DNA of 35,924 bases from Fonticula alba ATCC 38817 (lineage: Eukaryota > Protista > Nucleariida). A program made the translations under genes and the position numbers. Under the pieces are notes generated by a model. The model saw only the letters and a list, made by a program, of their open reading frames with translations, was not told the origin of the DNA and did no database searches. This document shows, piece by piece, positions 22,601-33,600 of the stretch (its first letter is position 1; every line of letters starts with the position of its first letter). The stretch lies in NCBI GenBank assembly GCA_000388065.2, contig KB932203.1, one strand, 5' to 3'.

Positions 22601-23011
22601 ATCATCCCTTCACAGACTGCCATCATTGCGGCCTTGCAGTCGGTCGCCCTGCCGGCATCGCCCACCTCCGCGGCGCATCTCCTGGACTCGGGGTTCCTGT
22701 CGCACATGCACCATCACCATGCGTCGCTCGCCGGGCCGGCCCCGGGGTCGAGCGCCATGGGGGGCACCGGCGCCGGCGCCGGTCCTTATGCCCTGGCCGG
22801 GGCGGCTGCCTTCTCCCACTCGGACGACTTGGCCTCCTCCTTCTTCGACACCACGCTCCTGACGCGGTCAGCCAGTGCGGCGTCGGCGGCGGCGGCGGCG
22901 GCGGCCTCCTCGCGTGCGGCCGCCCGCGCACGCGCCGCCTCCCGTGCGGCCCAGCAACCGCCGGACCTGCCGCCGGAGGAGCCCCCCGCGCCTGGCGCCC
23001 CCTCTGCCTGA
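19629..23011 (+). CDS. THH1/TOM1/TOM3-domain (GPR137-like) seven-transmembrane protein, ~976 aa; exons 19629-20649, 20771-21090, 21266-21409, 21566-23011
   Basis: Motifs QWQKFFHLSLLLGCILRMVYF, LFFSAYNVLLYYWAEMYH, GFFVYGILLY and YFTLLEVLP match the plant TOM1 pattern (QKVFH, LFFSTYTLLVLFWAEIY, FLxYGGRL, YYxxxExLP). The exon total of 2931 nt is divisible by 3. Confidence 0.82.
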
Positions 23012-24657
23012 ATGCAGGGGGCGGATATGGGGGGCCTGTAGCAGCACGCCGGCGCGCACGCGCGAGAAATACACCACCGGCCATACGACCACTGCCCGGG
23101 CAGAGCGAGGCGGGGCGAGGGAGGGGGGCGGCACCAAGGCCGCGCGCGCGGGACCAGAGGAGGCCCCAAGCAGGGTGGGAAGACCGCGTGAAAAATAGAA
23201 AGCGACCCACAAAAAGAGCACTCTTGAGGAGGTGCGCGTGCCTGGGCGACAAACGGTGCAGGGGGACTCCTCCCCCGCGGAGGCCGCCCACGCCCGAACG
23301 GGAGGCGACTCACTTGCCGTTCTGGTGCCCAAGTGAGAACAGACATCCTCCTGGGGCCACAAAAACGAACAAGCCCGCCCGGGGCAGGTGTGGTGTGATG
23401 GCCGTCCGTGCAGCTGATCTCCAGCCAACTGGGCGTGTTAATTCGGGCCGTTCTGGAGGCGCCGGCCGTCTTTCCCCCATGATGCGCGCCGAGGGCCTTC
23501 CAGGATGTGGGCGGGGGGCCCTGGATGGGATGCTGGAGTATCAGACCCTCCGGACCCGACGCTCGGCCCGTTTATTATGCCCCTCCAGCCGGAGGGGAAG
23601 GGGGGGCCACTCCGGCCGGACGCGTCCTCGGCCTGGCCTCCCTCCCGCGGCTTGATTCTCTCGGGTCCGCGTTCGAATGGGCGGCGTCGCCACGGTGTCC
23701 AGCCCGGAGGACGCCTGGCCGCGGCCGGCTCTGTCCGGAAGACCACCGTCGCGACGCACGCCAACACGCCGGCCAGCCGCCCGCTGGCAGGAATGGGCGG
23801 CCTGCGACCGGCTGGAATGCGCAGCCTGACAATATCTCGCAGCTCCCCCGGTAGCCAGGGGGGCGGCCCCCCCCCCCCCCCCCCCGCGGCCTGTGTGCTT
23901 GCACTAGCCGGCATTGTCCCGAATTGATTCTTCCTCCCCCTCGGCCGGCGCGCAGGGCCGGGGCCTCCGGCCGAAGATCTCGATGGGGGGGGGGACGGAT
24001 CGGCACAGGGGAGGAGGCGGCCACCGCCCCGGGGGGACTGATGCGCCCGTGCGCGGAGCGTCCACGACCAGCCCATTCGATGGCGCACCCCATACAGCGC
24101 ATGTGTGCTCCTCCTCCACACACGACGAGGGCCGAGCATGCGGATATGTGGGCGCGGCCGGCCTCCGGGGCCTAGCGGTGCATTCCACACACACACACAC
24201 ACACCCGCACGCGCACGGACCCACATGCGGAAGTGCCCCCCCCCCCCCCCCGCCCGTCGACCCGGCCTTCGCCGCTCAAGCACATACCCCCCTCCCGTGG
24301 CGGCCGGCACCCTTCCGAGACCCGGGGTGGATGATTCATCGCGGCCCCCAACGGGCGATGGTTCCGCTGGAAACCTGTCGTCAACCACACACCCTCCCCC
24401 TCCTCCTCCCCCCCCCCTCGCGCCCGTCCCCGCCTCACGCTGGGCACATACCTTCCCCCCTAATCCCACCTCGCCACGCCTCGCCTCGCCAGCCTCGCCC
24501 CTCTCCGCGCACCGTATGTTCGCCCCGCTCACGCCCCCTCCCTGCCTCTCTCCCTCCCTCTCTCTCTCTCTTTGCCCCATTCATCGCGAGCTGTTCCTCG
24601 GTTACGGCCACTGACCTCTCTCTTGCCCACTCCCGCGCGTGCCCAGTCCCTTTATAG

Positions 24658-25536
24658 ATGTTCCGCCGGAAGAAAACGGGCGGCGTTCGCCTCAAGTGCG
24701 TGCCGGCTCGCCTCCGCCTCTCGCGCCACCGCCGGCTCCCCACGACCGCCTCCTAACACGCCTCTGCATCTCACCCCGCCCGCCCCCCCCCCCCCCCCCC
24801 TCGCGCGCGCGCGCGCGCGATAGTCTCACGACGGACACACTCGCCCCGCCGGAGGTGCTGAACCCGGCCCAGAGTGATCCGGCGGCCGACCTGTCCTCCG
24901 AGCTCCAGTCGCTGGAGATCAACACCGAGTACACCCTGGAGCTGCGGCCCAGCAATGTCGTCAACATCAAGGAGGTTGGCGCCGGCTCCGGCGGCACTGT
25001 CATCCGCGCCCGACACACGGTCACCGGGCGCCTGCTGGCCCGCAAGATCATCCACCACGTGGTGGCCGGCCCGGAGGAGCGGCGCCTCATTCTGCGCGAG
25101 CTGCAGCTCATGAAGGACTGCCATGCTCCGACCATTGTCACTTTCTATGGCGGTGCGTCACCGTGAGGGCGCGCGCCCACTAGGAGGCCCTTCATCTTCT
25201 CCGCCTCCTCTCCCTCGAACGGGGCTTCCTCGCGCGCCCCCGCTTGCTTGTGTCTGCTCCCGTCCCGTCCTCCCTCTTTCATTCTCCGATGTGTGACACA
25301 TCACCCCCCTCCCCCCCCCCCTTACTCACCTGTCCATGGTGCCGACCTCGCGCAGCCTTTTGGGACGACGGCGATATCTCGGTTTTCATGGAGTACATGG
25401 ATCTCGGGTCCTTCGATCGCATCATCGGTCTGGTTGGGCATCTGCCGGAGCACTATTGTGCCCAGATCTCCCTGGCCGTCCTGGAGGGCGTGGACTACCT
25501 GTACCGCACCCACAAAATCATGCATCGTGGTACGTA

Positions 25537-25572
<36 letters not shown>

Positions 25573-25820
25573 ACGCGCGCGTCCGCCCACTCCCCACTCC
25601 CCGTCACCATTCTTTCTGTCCCCCTGCCTTCGCCTCGACGTACTCTCTCTCTCTCTCTCACACACACACATACACACAGATATCAAGCCCTCCAATATCC
25701 TCTTCAACACGGCCGGCGAGATCAAGATCTGCGACTTCGGTGTCAGCGGCCAGCTGATTAACTCCATCGCCAACACCTTCGTCGGGACCAAGTGGTATAT
25801 GGCCGTGCGTGTGCATCCTA

Positions 25821-25857
<37 letters not shown>

Positions 25858-26611
25858 CCCAGAGCCCATGCCCTCTACATCGACACTGACCCTGCTCCTC
25901 CTCTTCCCCCAGCCCGAACGCATCCAGGCCCGCGACTACGGTGTTCAGTCCGACTCCTGGTCCCTCGGTCTCACGATGATGGAACTTGCCATCGGTCGGT
26001 GCGTCTGGCAGCCTGCCCTCCAAACACCCCCCCCCCTCCCCCCCCCCCCTGCCACCGACGCTGTGCGTCATACTCACCACGCACGCCCCCTCCGGCCACA
26101 GGTTCCCCTTCCCCTCCAAGGGGTCAGAGGGCCAGGGTGATGTCGAGCCCCAGAAGAAGCTCTCCATCATCGAGCTGCTTTCATACATTGTCAATGAGAA
26201 GCCCCCTCGCCTGTCGGACCACCCGCCGCGCAATGCCGACGGTACCATTGACAAGGACGCGCCTCCGTTCTCCCAAGATTTCGTGGACTTCCTAGATGCC
26301 TGGTCCGTGTGTGCACCCCCGCCTCGTCCTGCATTCCTCTGCCCTTTGCTAACATATGGCATCTTGCTTCGGGGGGGTGGGGGAAAAAATACCCGACCTC
26401 CAGCCTCATCAAGGACGACGCCACTCGGCCCACCCCGAGCATGCTGCTCGGCACGGTCCCCGAGACCGGCGAGATCCTCGGACATCCGTTTGTGCAGAAG
26501 GCTCGTGCCGCCCGGCCAGGCGTCGACCTGGTCGCGTGGGCCAAGGTCATCAGTGCCGCCATGGCCGAGGCACCGTCTCCCACCAGCTGCAAGGCGCCTC
26601 CCTATCCCTGA
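24658..26611 (+). CDS. Dual-specificity MAP kinase kinase (Ste7/Byr1/Fuz7/MEK1-2 type), 386 aa; exons 24658-24695, 24824-25152, 25356-25529, 25680-25804, 25913-25998, 26102-26302, 26404-26611
   Basis: Kinase motifs [69 protein letters not shown] (S-x3-T activation loop), SDSWSLG and GRFPFP. N-terminal basic/hydrophobic docking site MFRRKKTGGVRLNL. All six introns restore the frame (1161 nt). Confidence 0.95.
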
Positions 26612-26983
26612 CGCGCCCTCCTCACTTGTTCGCATTTTCTGCCCTGTTGCAAATGCGCACAGGCACGCAAAGACACACACACGCACACTCAAATGTCCTG
26701 TAGATTCCCCGTCGTGATGTTCATCACACCCCAGCCTGTCGCTCGTTGTCTCTCCCTCTCTCCCTCTCTTCCTTTCTTTCTTTAGTTCCCGCTCTCTTTC
26801 GCACCCCCGTCTACAGGTGTGGGGACCCATACCGGGACACGAGTCGAACCAAGTGTGCATGCACACTTGCACACAAGGACCGAACAAGAGCGTGCATGTG
26901 CTCATGTACCGCGTGCTTGCATCCGACGAAGGAGAGGGTCCACGCGAGGTGTCGTCTCTGTGAGAGATCGCTCGGACTGGCCA

Positions 26984-27016
<33 letters not shown>

Positions 27017-27890
27017 GCCCTGGGGGCCAAGGGTCGACGGAAAACAATACAACCTTAAAACTGCCCATTTTGTATCCGCACTCTCCCCTGCTCCTGCTCC
27101 TGCTCCTGCTCCTGCGCTCCTCCTCCTTCGCCGCGACACGCCTCCCTTTGCCGGATGGCACGGAGCCGCCACACCAACAAGAGATGCGAGAATAGCTTGC
27201 CGTGCCCGGCTCGAGGGGGGGATCCTCCTCCCTCCCCCCGGCGAAAGGAGGCCCAGCGACGAGGACGCCCAGCTCGCGGGCCATCTCCATACACAAGCGA
27301 AAAATGGTGGTATGTACTACATGCGCGCACGGGGAGGCACAAACAAACCGATCGCAAAATACAATCCATGTGATCTGTCCACGTGTGTCAGGCCCGCTCC
27401 CCGAGACCGTCTCCTGGGCCAGCGTGCCCGCTCCCTGCGAAAGAAACAGGAGCGCCGCCGAATTTGCCAGGCTGCTCACTCTGAACGTGTTTCACCCCCT
27501 GGTCCGGGTGGCGCCGGCTCCGCTTCCCCCCCCCCCCCCGGGCCGCCGTGGGCGTGCCGCCATATGGTCGACTCGTGCTGTAGGGTCCCTCGGGGGTACG
27601 GGGAAGGAGGGGGGGGGCTGGACCCGGCACGCATGTGTGTCGGAGCCTCTTTCCACGCGAGATCCGCTTGGGCTTTTCGCTTCCTCTTTCTTTTTCCCCC
27701 CCCCCCCCTCCAGACGCCATCGCACAACACAGGCGCACCCGGCCGACAGCGGCCACCGCCCCATGTCTTCGGCTGCCGGCGCCCCGCACCCCGGATGAGG
27801 GAGGGAGAAAGATTCCCCCCTCCCCCCTCGCCTCTCCCCCCGCCCCCGCCCCCGCACCCGCACCCCTTGCAACCTCTCCCCTCCGCCGCC

Positions 27891-28577
27891 ATGCTTTCTC
27901 TCCGCAGCGGCCTTGCCCCGGCTACGCGCCATCTAATGCTCGCCCAGCGCTCGGCGGGCCTCCTCGCGCCCCGGTGCCTGATGTCCACCCAGACTTCCGC
28001 CGGGCAGCAGACCCCGCCCCCGCCGAATGGCGACGCCCCCAAGCCGGAGGAGGAGACCGTGCGCCCCCCTCCCTCAAACACACCACCCGCCCGTGGCTCC
28101 GCGCATGCCGCGCACGCCCACTGACCCGGCACCCCCTCCCCCTGTCCCCCCCCCCCCCCCATGCAGAAGAAGCTCTCGCTGGCGGAAAAGATGAAGCATA
28201 TGACCAAGACCTACGGCCCGGTGGCCATCGGTGTCCACTCGACCGTCTACATGGTGACCATCTCCAGCATGTATGTGGCCCTCAAGAGCGGCGTCGACGT
28301 GACCAGCCTCATGAGCAAGGTCGGCCTGGACCGGCTGATCGACCTGTCCACGCTGGACCCCAACTCTGGCACCCTGCTGATGGCCTTCATCCTGGCCAAG
28401 TGCACGAGCCCCATCCGCACCCCGCTCACTCTGGCCCTGACCCCGCCGGCCGCGCGCATGGTCGATCGCACCCTCATCCGCATGGGCTACCCCCCGCGCT
28501 TCACCGGCAAGAAGCCCGCCCCCCCGACGTCGCCCTCTTCCGACGGCAACAAGGGTGACTCCAACCCGTCGGCCTAA
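27891..28577 (+). CDS. FAM210B-like (DUF1279) mitochondrial membrane protein, 192 aa; exons 27891-28058, 28167-28577
   Basis: Arg/Leu/Ser-rich, acid-free presequence MLSLRSGLAPATRHLMLAQRSAGLLAPRCLMS. Core KMKHMTKTYGPVAIGVH..YVALKSGVDV..GTLLMAFILAKCTSPIRTPLTLALTP matches the DUF1279 pattern. Confidence 0.85.
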
Positions 28578-29105
28578 TGCCCGCTGCCCCCCCCCCCCCC
28601 TCCTCCTTCTCCCTGACTGTCGCCAGGGATACGCTCTCCCTCAGAGCCCGCCCAGCTGTGCCCTCCCCCGCGTCTCCCGACGCCGGCGACCTCACGCGCA
28701 CATGCACATGCACACGCCCATCTCCCCTCTTCTTGCTGGCATTATCTCCTCATATTGCCTCTCCCCCCCTCCCCTCTCCCCCGCATAAAAAGCACTCTGA
28801 ATGCCCTCCTCCCCGACACAGTGATTTTAGCTGGCCCCTGTCAGACGCACAAAATACACCATACAATTTTTTTTGCACGCAACCTCGAGTGTGCGCACCA
28901 GGCACAAGGGAGGAGCGAAGATAAACGACGAGGGGCATCGTCCCCACCAGCTGTCCCTCACATCCGCCCCTCTGCCTGCTGGCAGCACACTCGTCCAAGC
29001 GCGCCCCCGGGCCTCCCCCTGAGGCAGATCTCTCGGTCACCGAGGTCCACGGCTGGGCGAGGAAAAAAATCCCCTCCCTCGCCCGCCCGGTGACGCAGGG
29101 CAACC

Positions 29106-29233
29106 GGATCGGCGACTAGCGATGGTGTCACCGTTGGCAGTACAAACTCCCAATTCCCGTATCTGGTAAATTAGAATGGACTGGGGAATGGCATTGTATT
29201 CTGTCGACGGTAGGCATCGCATCAGCGCCGACC
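29106..29233 (+). ncRNA. Putative long unbranched hairpin RNA (pre-miRNA/milRNA-like or cis-element), family unknown
   Basis: About 45 base pairs traced by eye, including ACCGTTGGCAG/CTGTCGACGGT (11 bp with 2 G.U), TCGGCG/CGCCGA and GCGATG/CATCGC. No expression evidence. Confidence 0.4.
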
Positions 29234-29641
29234 AGTGCGTGTGCACCCGGGGGAGGGGGGGGGGGCCGGGCGGGCGGGACGGGGGGCGCGCCGCCCCGGC
29301 CACCCAGCCGCTCTTGCCGTCCTCCCGCTCGCCCTCCGAAGCCGGGCCGGCACCCTGGATGCCCGAATGATGTGGGCGCCACAGCCACACCAAACGGCGA
29401 GGGGGAAGCATGCCGGGCGTCCGGTCGCACGGCCGAACCAAACGCCGACAGCCCGATGCTGCATCAGCGGCCTGCTCCCTCGCGGACGCATCTGGCCGCC
29501 GAAACCGGGCAGCGGCACGGCCCTGCACGCCTGAAGGGAGGGCTCCCGGGAAGGCGGCTGCTGGGCTGACATCACGCCTCTCCCCTCCTCCTCCCCTCCC
29601 CCCGCCCCTCCCCCCGCCCCCTCCCCCCTCTGCCGGCCGCT

Positions 29642-29689
29642 CGCACGCCCGCACGCCCGCACGCCCGCACGCCCGCACGCCCGCACGCC

Positions 29690-29722
<33 letters not shown>
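29642..29722. repeat. 8-bp repeat (CGCACGCC) x6 followed by (CA)n, just upstream of the uL10m start
   Basis: Read directly. Confidence 0.9.
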
Positions 29723-29724
<2 letters not shown>

Positions 29725-29749
29725 TCATACACGCCTCCGCACAAGCGCC

Positions 29750-30370
29750 ATGTCCTCCGCCGCCTCCGCCGCCTTCGTGCGTAACCGCCCCTTCTCCATT
29801 CTCAAGCGCACGCGCTACAACCAGTGCCTGGAGATCGCAGACCGCCCCTTCTTCGCCGTGGTCCAGTACAACAACCTGAACACCACCGATCTGCAGGCCA
29901 TTCGCCAGGAGCTCAGCAAGAAGGGCCTCTCGGCCACGGCCGTCCCGTCGAACATCTTCCGCCGGGCGGTTCTCAATGACCGGCCGAAGCTGCACCGCAT
30001 CGCCAACTTCTTCCACGGCCCGACCATGGTCATCTACTCCAAGGAGCAGCCGGCTGCCCCGACCCCGGAGGATCCGATGGCCCACCTGCCCAAGCCGGCC
30101 CAGCTGAAGGACATCCTGTCTGTGGTCCAGTCCTACGGGCGCCTGGTCAACCTGGGCGGCTCCTTCGAGGGGTCCCCCCTGAGCCTGGAGGACATGGTCA
30201 GCCTCAGCAAGGTGTCCTCCCGCCTGGACATCTACGGCCAGCTGCTGTCCCTCCTCAACAACCCGGCCCAGTCCCTCACCCAGTCCCTCAACCAGCACCC
30301 CTCCAGCCTGGCCTTTGCCCTGCAGCAGTACCTCGACCGCGAGAACGGCCCGGCCGAGGAGGCGTCCTAA
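29750..30370 (+). CDS. MRPL10: Mitochondrial ribosomal protein uL10m (yeast Mrpl11 / human MRPL10 family), 206 aa, single exon as seen
   Basis: L10-like pattern FAVVQYNNLNTTDLQAIRQELSKKGL....VPSNIFRRAV, FHGPTMVIYS, LVNLGGSFEG..LSLEDM..LSK, YGQLLSLLNNPAQSLTQSLNQHP. The N-terminus is presequence-like. Confidence 0.82.
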   Translation: MSSAASAAFVRNRPFSILKRTRYNQCLEIADRPFFAVVQYNNLNTTDLQAIRQELSKKGLSATAVPSNIFRRAVLNDRPKLHRIANFFHGPTMVIYSKEQPAAPTPEDPMAHLPKPAQLKDILSVVQSYGRLVNLGGSFEGSPLSLEDMVSLSKVSSRLDIYGQLLSLLNNPAQSLTQSLNQHPSSLAFALQQYLDRENGPAEEAS

Positions 30371-30649
30371 AGCCTGGCTCGCCCCNNNNNNNNNNNNNNN
30401 NNNNNNNNNNNNNNNNNNNNNNNNNNNNNNNNNNNNNNNNNNNNNNNNNNNNNNNNNNNNNNNNNNNNNNNNNNNNNNNNNNNNNNNNNNNNNNNNNNNN
30501 NNNNNNNNNNNNNNNNNNNNNNNNNNNNNNNNNNNNNNNNNNNNNNNNNNNNNNNNNNNNNNNNNNNNNNNNNNNNNNNNNNNNCCCCCCCCCGCCCACC
30601 GCCTTCCACCACACCGAGGACGTCCTGCTGCGGCTTCGCGCGCCGCCAG

Positions 30650-33600
30650 TCAGCCACCGAGCAGCTCGGCCAGAGCGGCTGCCTGGTCCGCCAAACGCCG
30701 GCGCTCGTCCAAAGCATCTGCCAGAGCCGAGCCACTGCCCGGCCGGGCCCGGTGACTGTCCGCCTCCAGCAGACCCCGGTGCAGGGCGGCCAGCGCGCCG
30801 AGCAGATCCCCCTCCGGCACCATGCCCGCCGGGGTGGTGGTGGTGGTGGTGGTAAACGCCGGCAAGGCCACCGCCGCCACGGCAAGCACCACCTGCCGGC
30901 AGGGCTCCACCGGGGCGTCCCCATCTCGCAGCATGCTGGCCGACAGCGTCAAGCAGCGCCCGACATAGGCTGACGCCCGGGCCTGGCCCGTCGGGCCGCC
31001 GGCCGCCCACAGCAGCCCGGCCAACATGGCCAGGGCTGCTCCGCGCTGGGCCAGCTCCGCCCATGCCGAGGGGCTCGCTGGGCTCGCCCCGGGCACCAGC
31101 TGCTCGGCCAGTACATCCCCCAACAGGGGGACCGTCTTGGCCGGGTGGTCCGGGGTCAAGGCCGCCGCGGCCAACGCATGTGTCGCCGCCGGATGCCGGA
31201 CCGCCGCCAACCAGATGCTGGTCCGGGTGGACCCGGCCTGCGGCTCGGCCAGGCGCGCGACCACCGCCTTGCGAACTGGGCACCCCGGCGCCCGGGTGAG
31301 GGCTCGCACCATGGCCCCGCGCGCGGCCAGATGCCACACAGTGGCCAGGTCCGGCGCGGGCACGCCTCCCGGGCCGCCGGCCACAGCTCCGGCCAGGTCT
31401 CCCGGCAAAATGGGCACCCGATCTACCAGGGCCCCCAGCAGGTGCACGATGGCAGTCAGCACCTCGGCCGGCACGCGGCCGGCCGGCGCCTCCGTCAGCG
31501 GAACCACCCCCACCAGGGACAGGGCGCGCCGCACAGCCCGCAAGGCACTCAGTCGAACCCGGTCCACCGTGTCGACACATGTCAGTAGTAGGGCCCGGAT
31601 CAGTTGCGCCGCGGCCGGGGCCACAGACTCCGGAACTGTCGGGCCACCGCCGAGTACCCGGTCCAGCAGGGGGATCGCCGCCGCGGCGGCCGCCGCCCGC
31701 ACCCACGACCCGACATCGCCCTGTGTCTGGGTGCTGGAGAAATCCATCAGCCCCTGGGCCAGGAGCCGGGCGAGTCGGGCCTCCGGCGGGCCGCCATTGC
31801 CGACCGCCTCCGGCAGTGGGATCGAGCAGATGCCCGCGGCATCGGTCGATGCCAGGATGGTCCCGAGGGCGAAATAGAAGTTCCGCTTGGTCAATGCTGT
31901 CGCCTGTGCATGCCGGGGCCCGGGGGGGGGGGGGGGGGCACGGGGGTCGATCATGTCAGTCTCGGGGGCAGGGCCGGCCGGCTGGCCGTGTGCTTGAAGA
32001 TGCGCGGCCGTGCCCGCGCGCCTGCGTGCATGGATGTGCCAGTGCCCGATGACATGCATCGCAAGCGCGTGGAAGGGCACCAGCGCGTGCAGGCGCTCAC
32101 GTACCGTCGCCGAGCTGAACAGCCCGAAGGCCCGGGCCAGCACCCGATGGTCAAGGCCGGCCTGGTCGGCTGCCAGGTGCCGGGACACCGCCGGCCAGCA
32201 TCCGGCCACCATGGCCGGCAGGACGGACCACAGGTCAGCCGGCGAGGAGCCGGGCGCCACGCGGGCCACTCGCGCCAGTGCCGGGCTCGCCTGGCGGTAG
32301 GGCGATGCGAACCCAGGGGCCACGCTGCAAAAGCCATCCAACAACCCACGGAGGCAGGCCACCACCGGCTGGCTGGCCACCGGCAGGTCGGCCAACCGCC
32401 GAAGCAGGCGTACGGCCTCCGACGCCGGGGCCGCTTCCGGCGCGAACCAGCTCTCGGCCGCCGGCGGGTCGACCCCCGCCGCAGTGGCTGCCACAGCCAC
32501 CGAGTCCGCCTGTCGGGCCAGTGCAAAGGCCGCCTCATCGCCGGGCGTCTCGGCGGACCCCGGCCGCGCAAACAGCCCCAACACAAAGGCCCCAGTGGGG
32601 AAGGCCGCCCTCAGGGGTGCCGCCTGGGCCAGGCATGGCGCGGCCCCCGGGCCCGGGATGCCCTCCTCCTGCTCCTCCTCCTCCTCCTCGGTGGCCAGGG
32701 CGGGTGGCTGGACCGCCAGCGGGTCACCGGCGCCCCACAGGAAGGCCGTCAGGTTGGAGATCGAGGCGGCCTCGGCCGCCGGCCGCCCGGCGCGCAAGAT
32801 CCCCGCCGCTCCGACGAGCACCGCCCACGCCGGCCAGTCGGCCGCCCGAGCAAAGTCCTCGAACTGCTGGGCCCCTGCCAAGGGACCCGCCACCGGCTCG
32901 GACGGGGCCAACTGCAGGAACTCCAGCACACGGCATGCCAGGCCCAGGACCGGCGCCGGGACCAGGTCCCAAAGCCGCGCAAGGGCTGGCGACCGACGCG
33001 CAGCCAGTGCCATCGCCGCCCCGGCCGGGCCCTCGGCCAGCAGCAGGGCCGCCGTCTGTCGGAGCAGCCCCGGGGCAAAAGAATCGCACCCCATCACCGC
33101 CAGGAAGGCCACCTCCCCCGGGGCCAGCCGATACCGGGCCAGCAGGTGCGGCATCAGGGCCAGCAGCAGGCACAGGGCCCCGTGCAGGGCCTCCGCCGAT
33201 GCCGGGGGCCCCGGCGCCGGGCCGGGCCCCACGCCCAGCGTCCAGAACAGGTGCCCGGCCAGCGCCGCCAGCAGCCGGTCCCCCGGGCTGTCAGCCCCAT
33301 CGCCGCCGGCCTTCCACACACTGCGCAGCATGGCCTCCAGCAGGAGGCCTCCGCGGAGGCGCAATTGCCGGGCCGATGCCCCGTCGAAATCCCCATAGTG
33401 CCCGGTGGTGATGCGCTCCTCGGCCAGGGACACCACCAACGCCGGCAGGTACACCAGCCGGGCGTCGAAACTGCATGGGGCGCCGCCCCGGCCGGGGGGG
33501 GGGGGGGGGCGGTGCCCTGGCGGCCGGGGGGAGAGCCGGCTCTTGACGGTCGCGAGAGTTGGCCACTCGGCCGGGGCGCCACCTGGCCGCCGGTGGGGGG

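Noticed and set aside
1-26611. Functional cluster of endolysosomal/signalling genes (VPS39, ArfGAP, GPR137-like, MEK)
   Set aside because: These are broad, common categories with no shared pathway evidence; the grouping is compatible with chance in a gene-dense eukaryotic genome.
29037-29260. Minus-strand peptide EYNAIPQSILIYQIRELGVCTANGD looked protein-like
   Set aside because: No recognisable family or convincing start/exon structure, and the extensive self-complementarity of the same bases is a better explanation.
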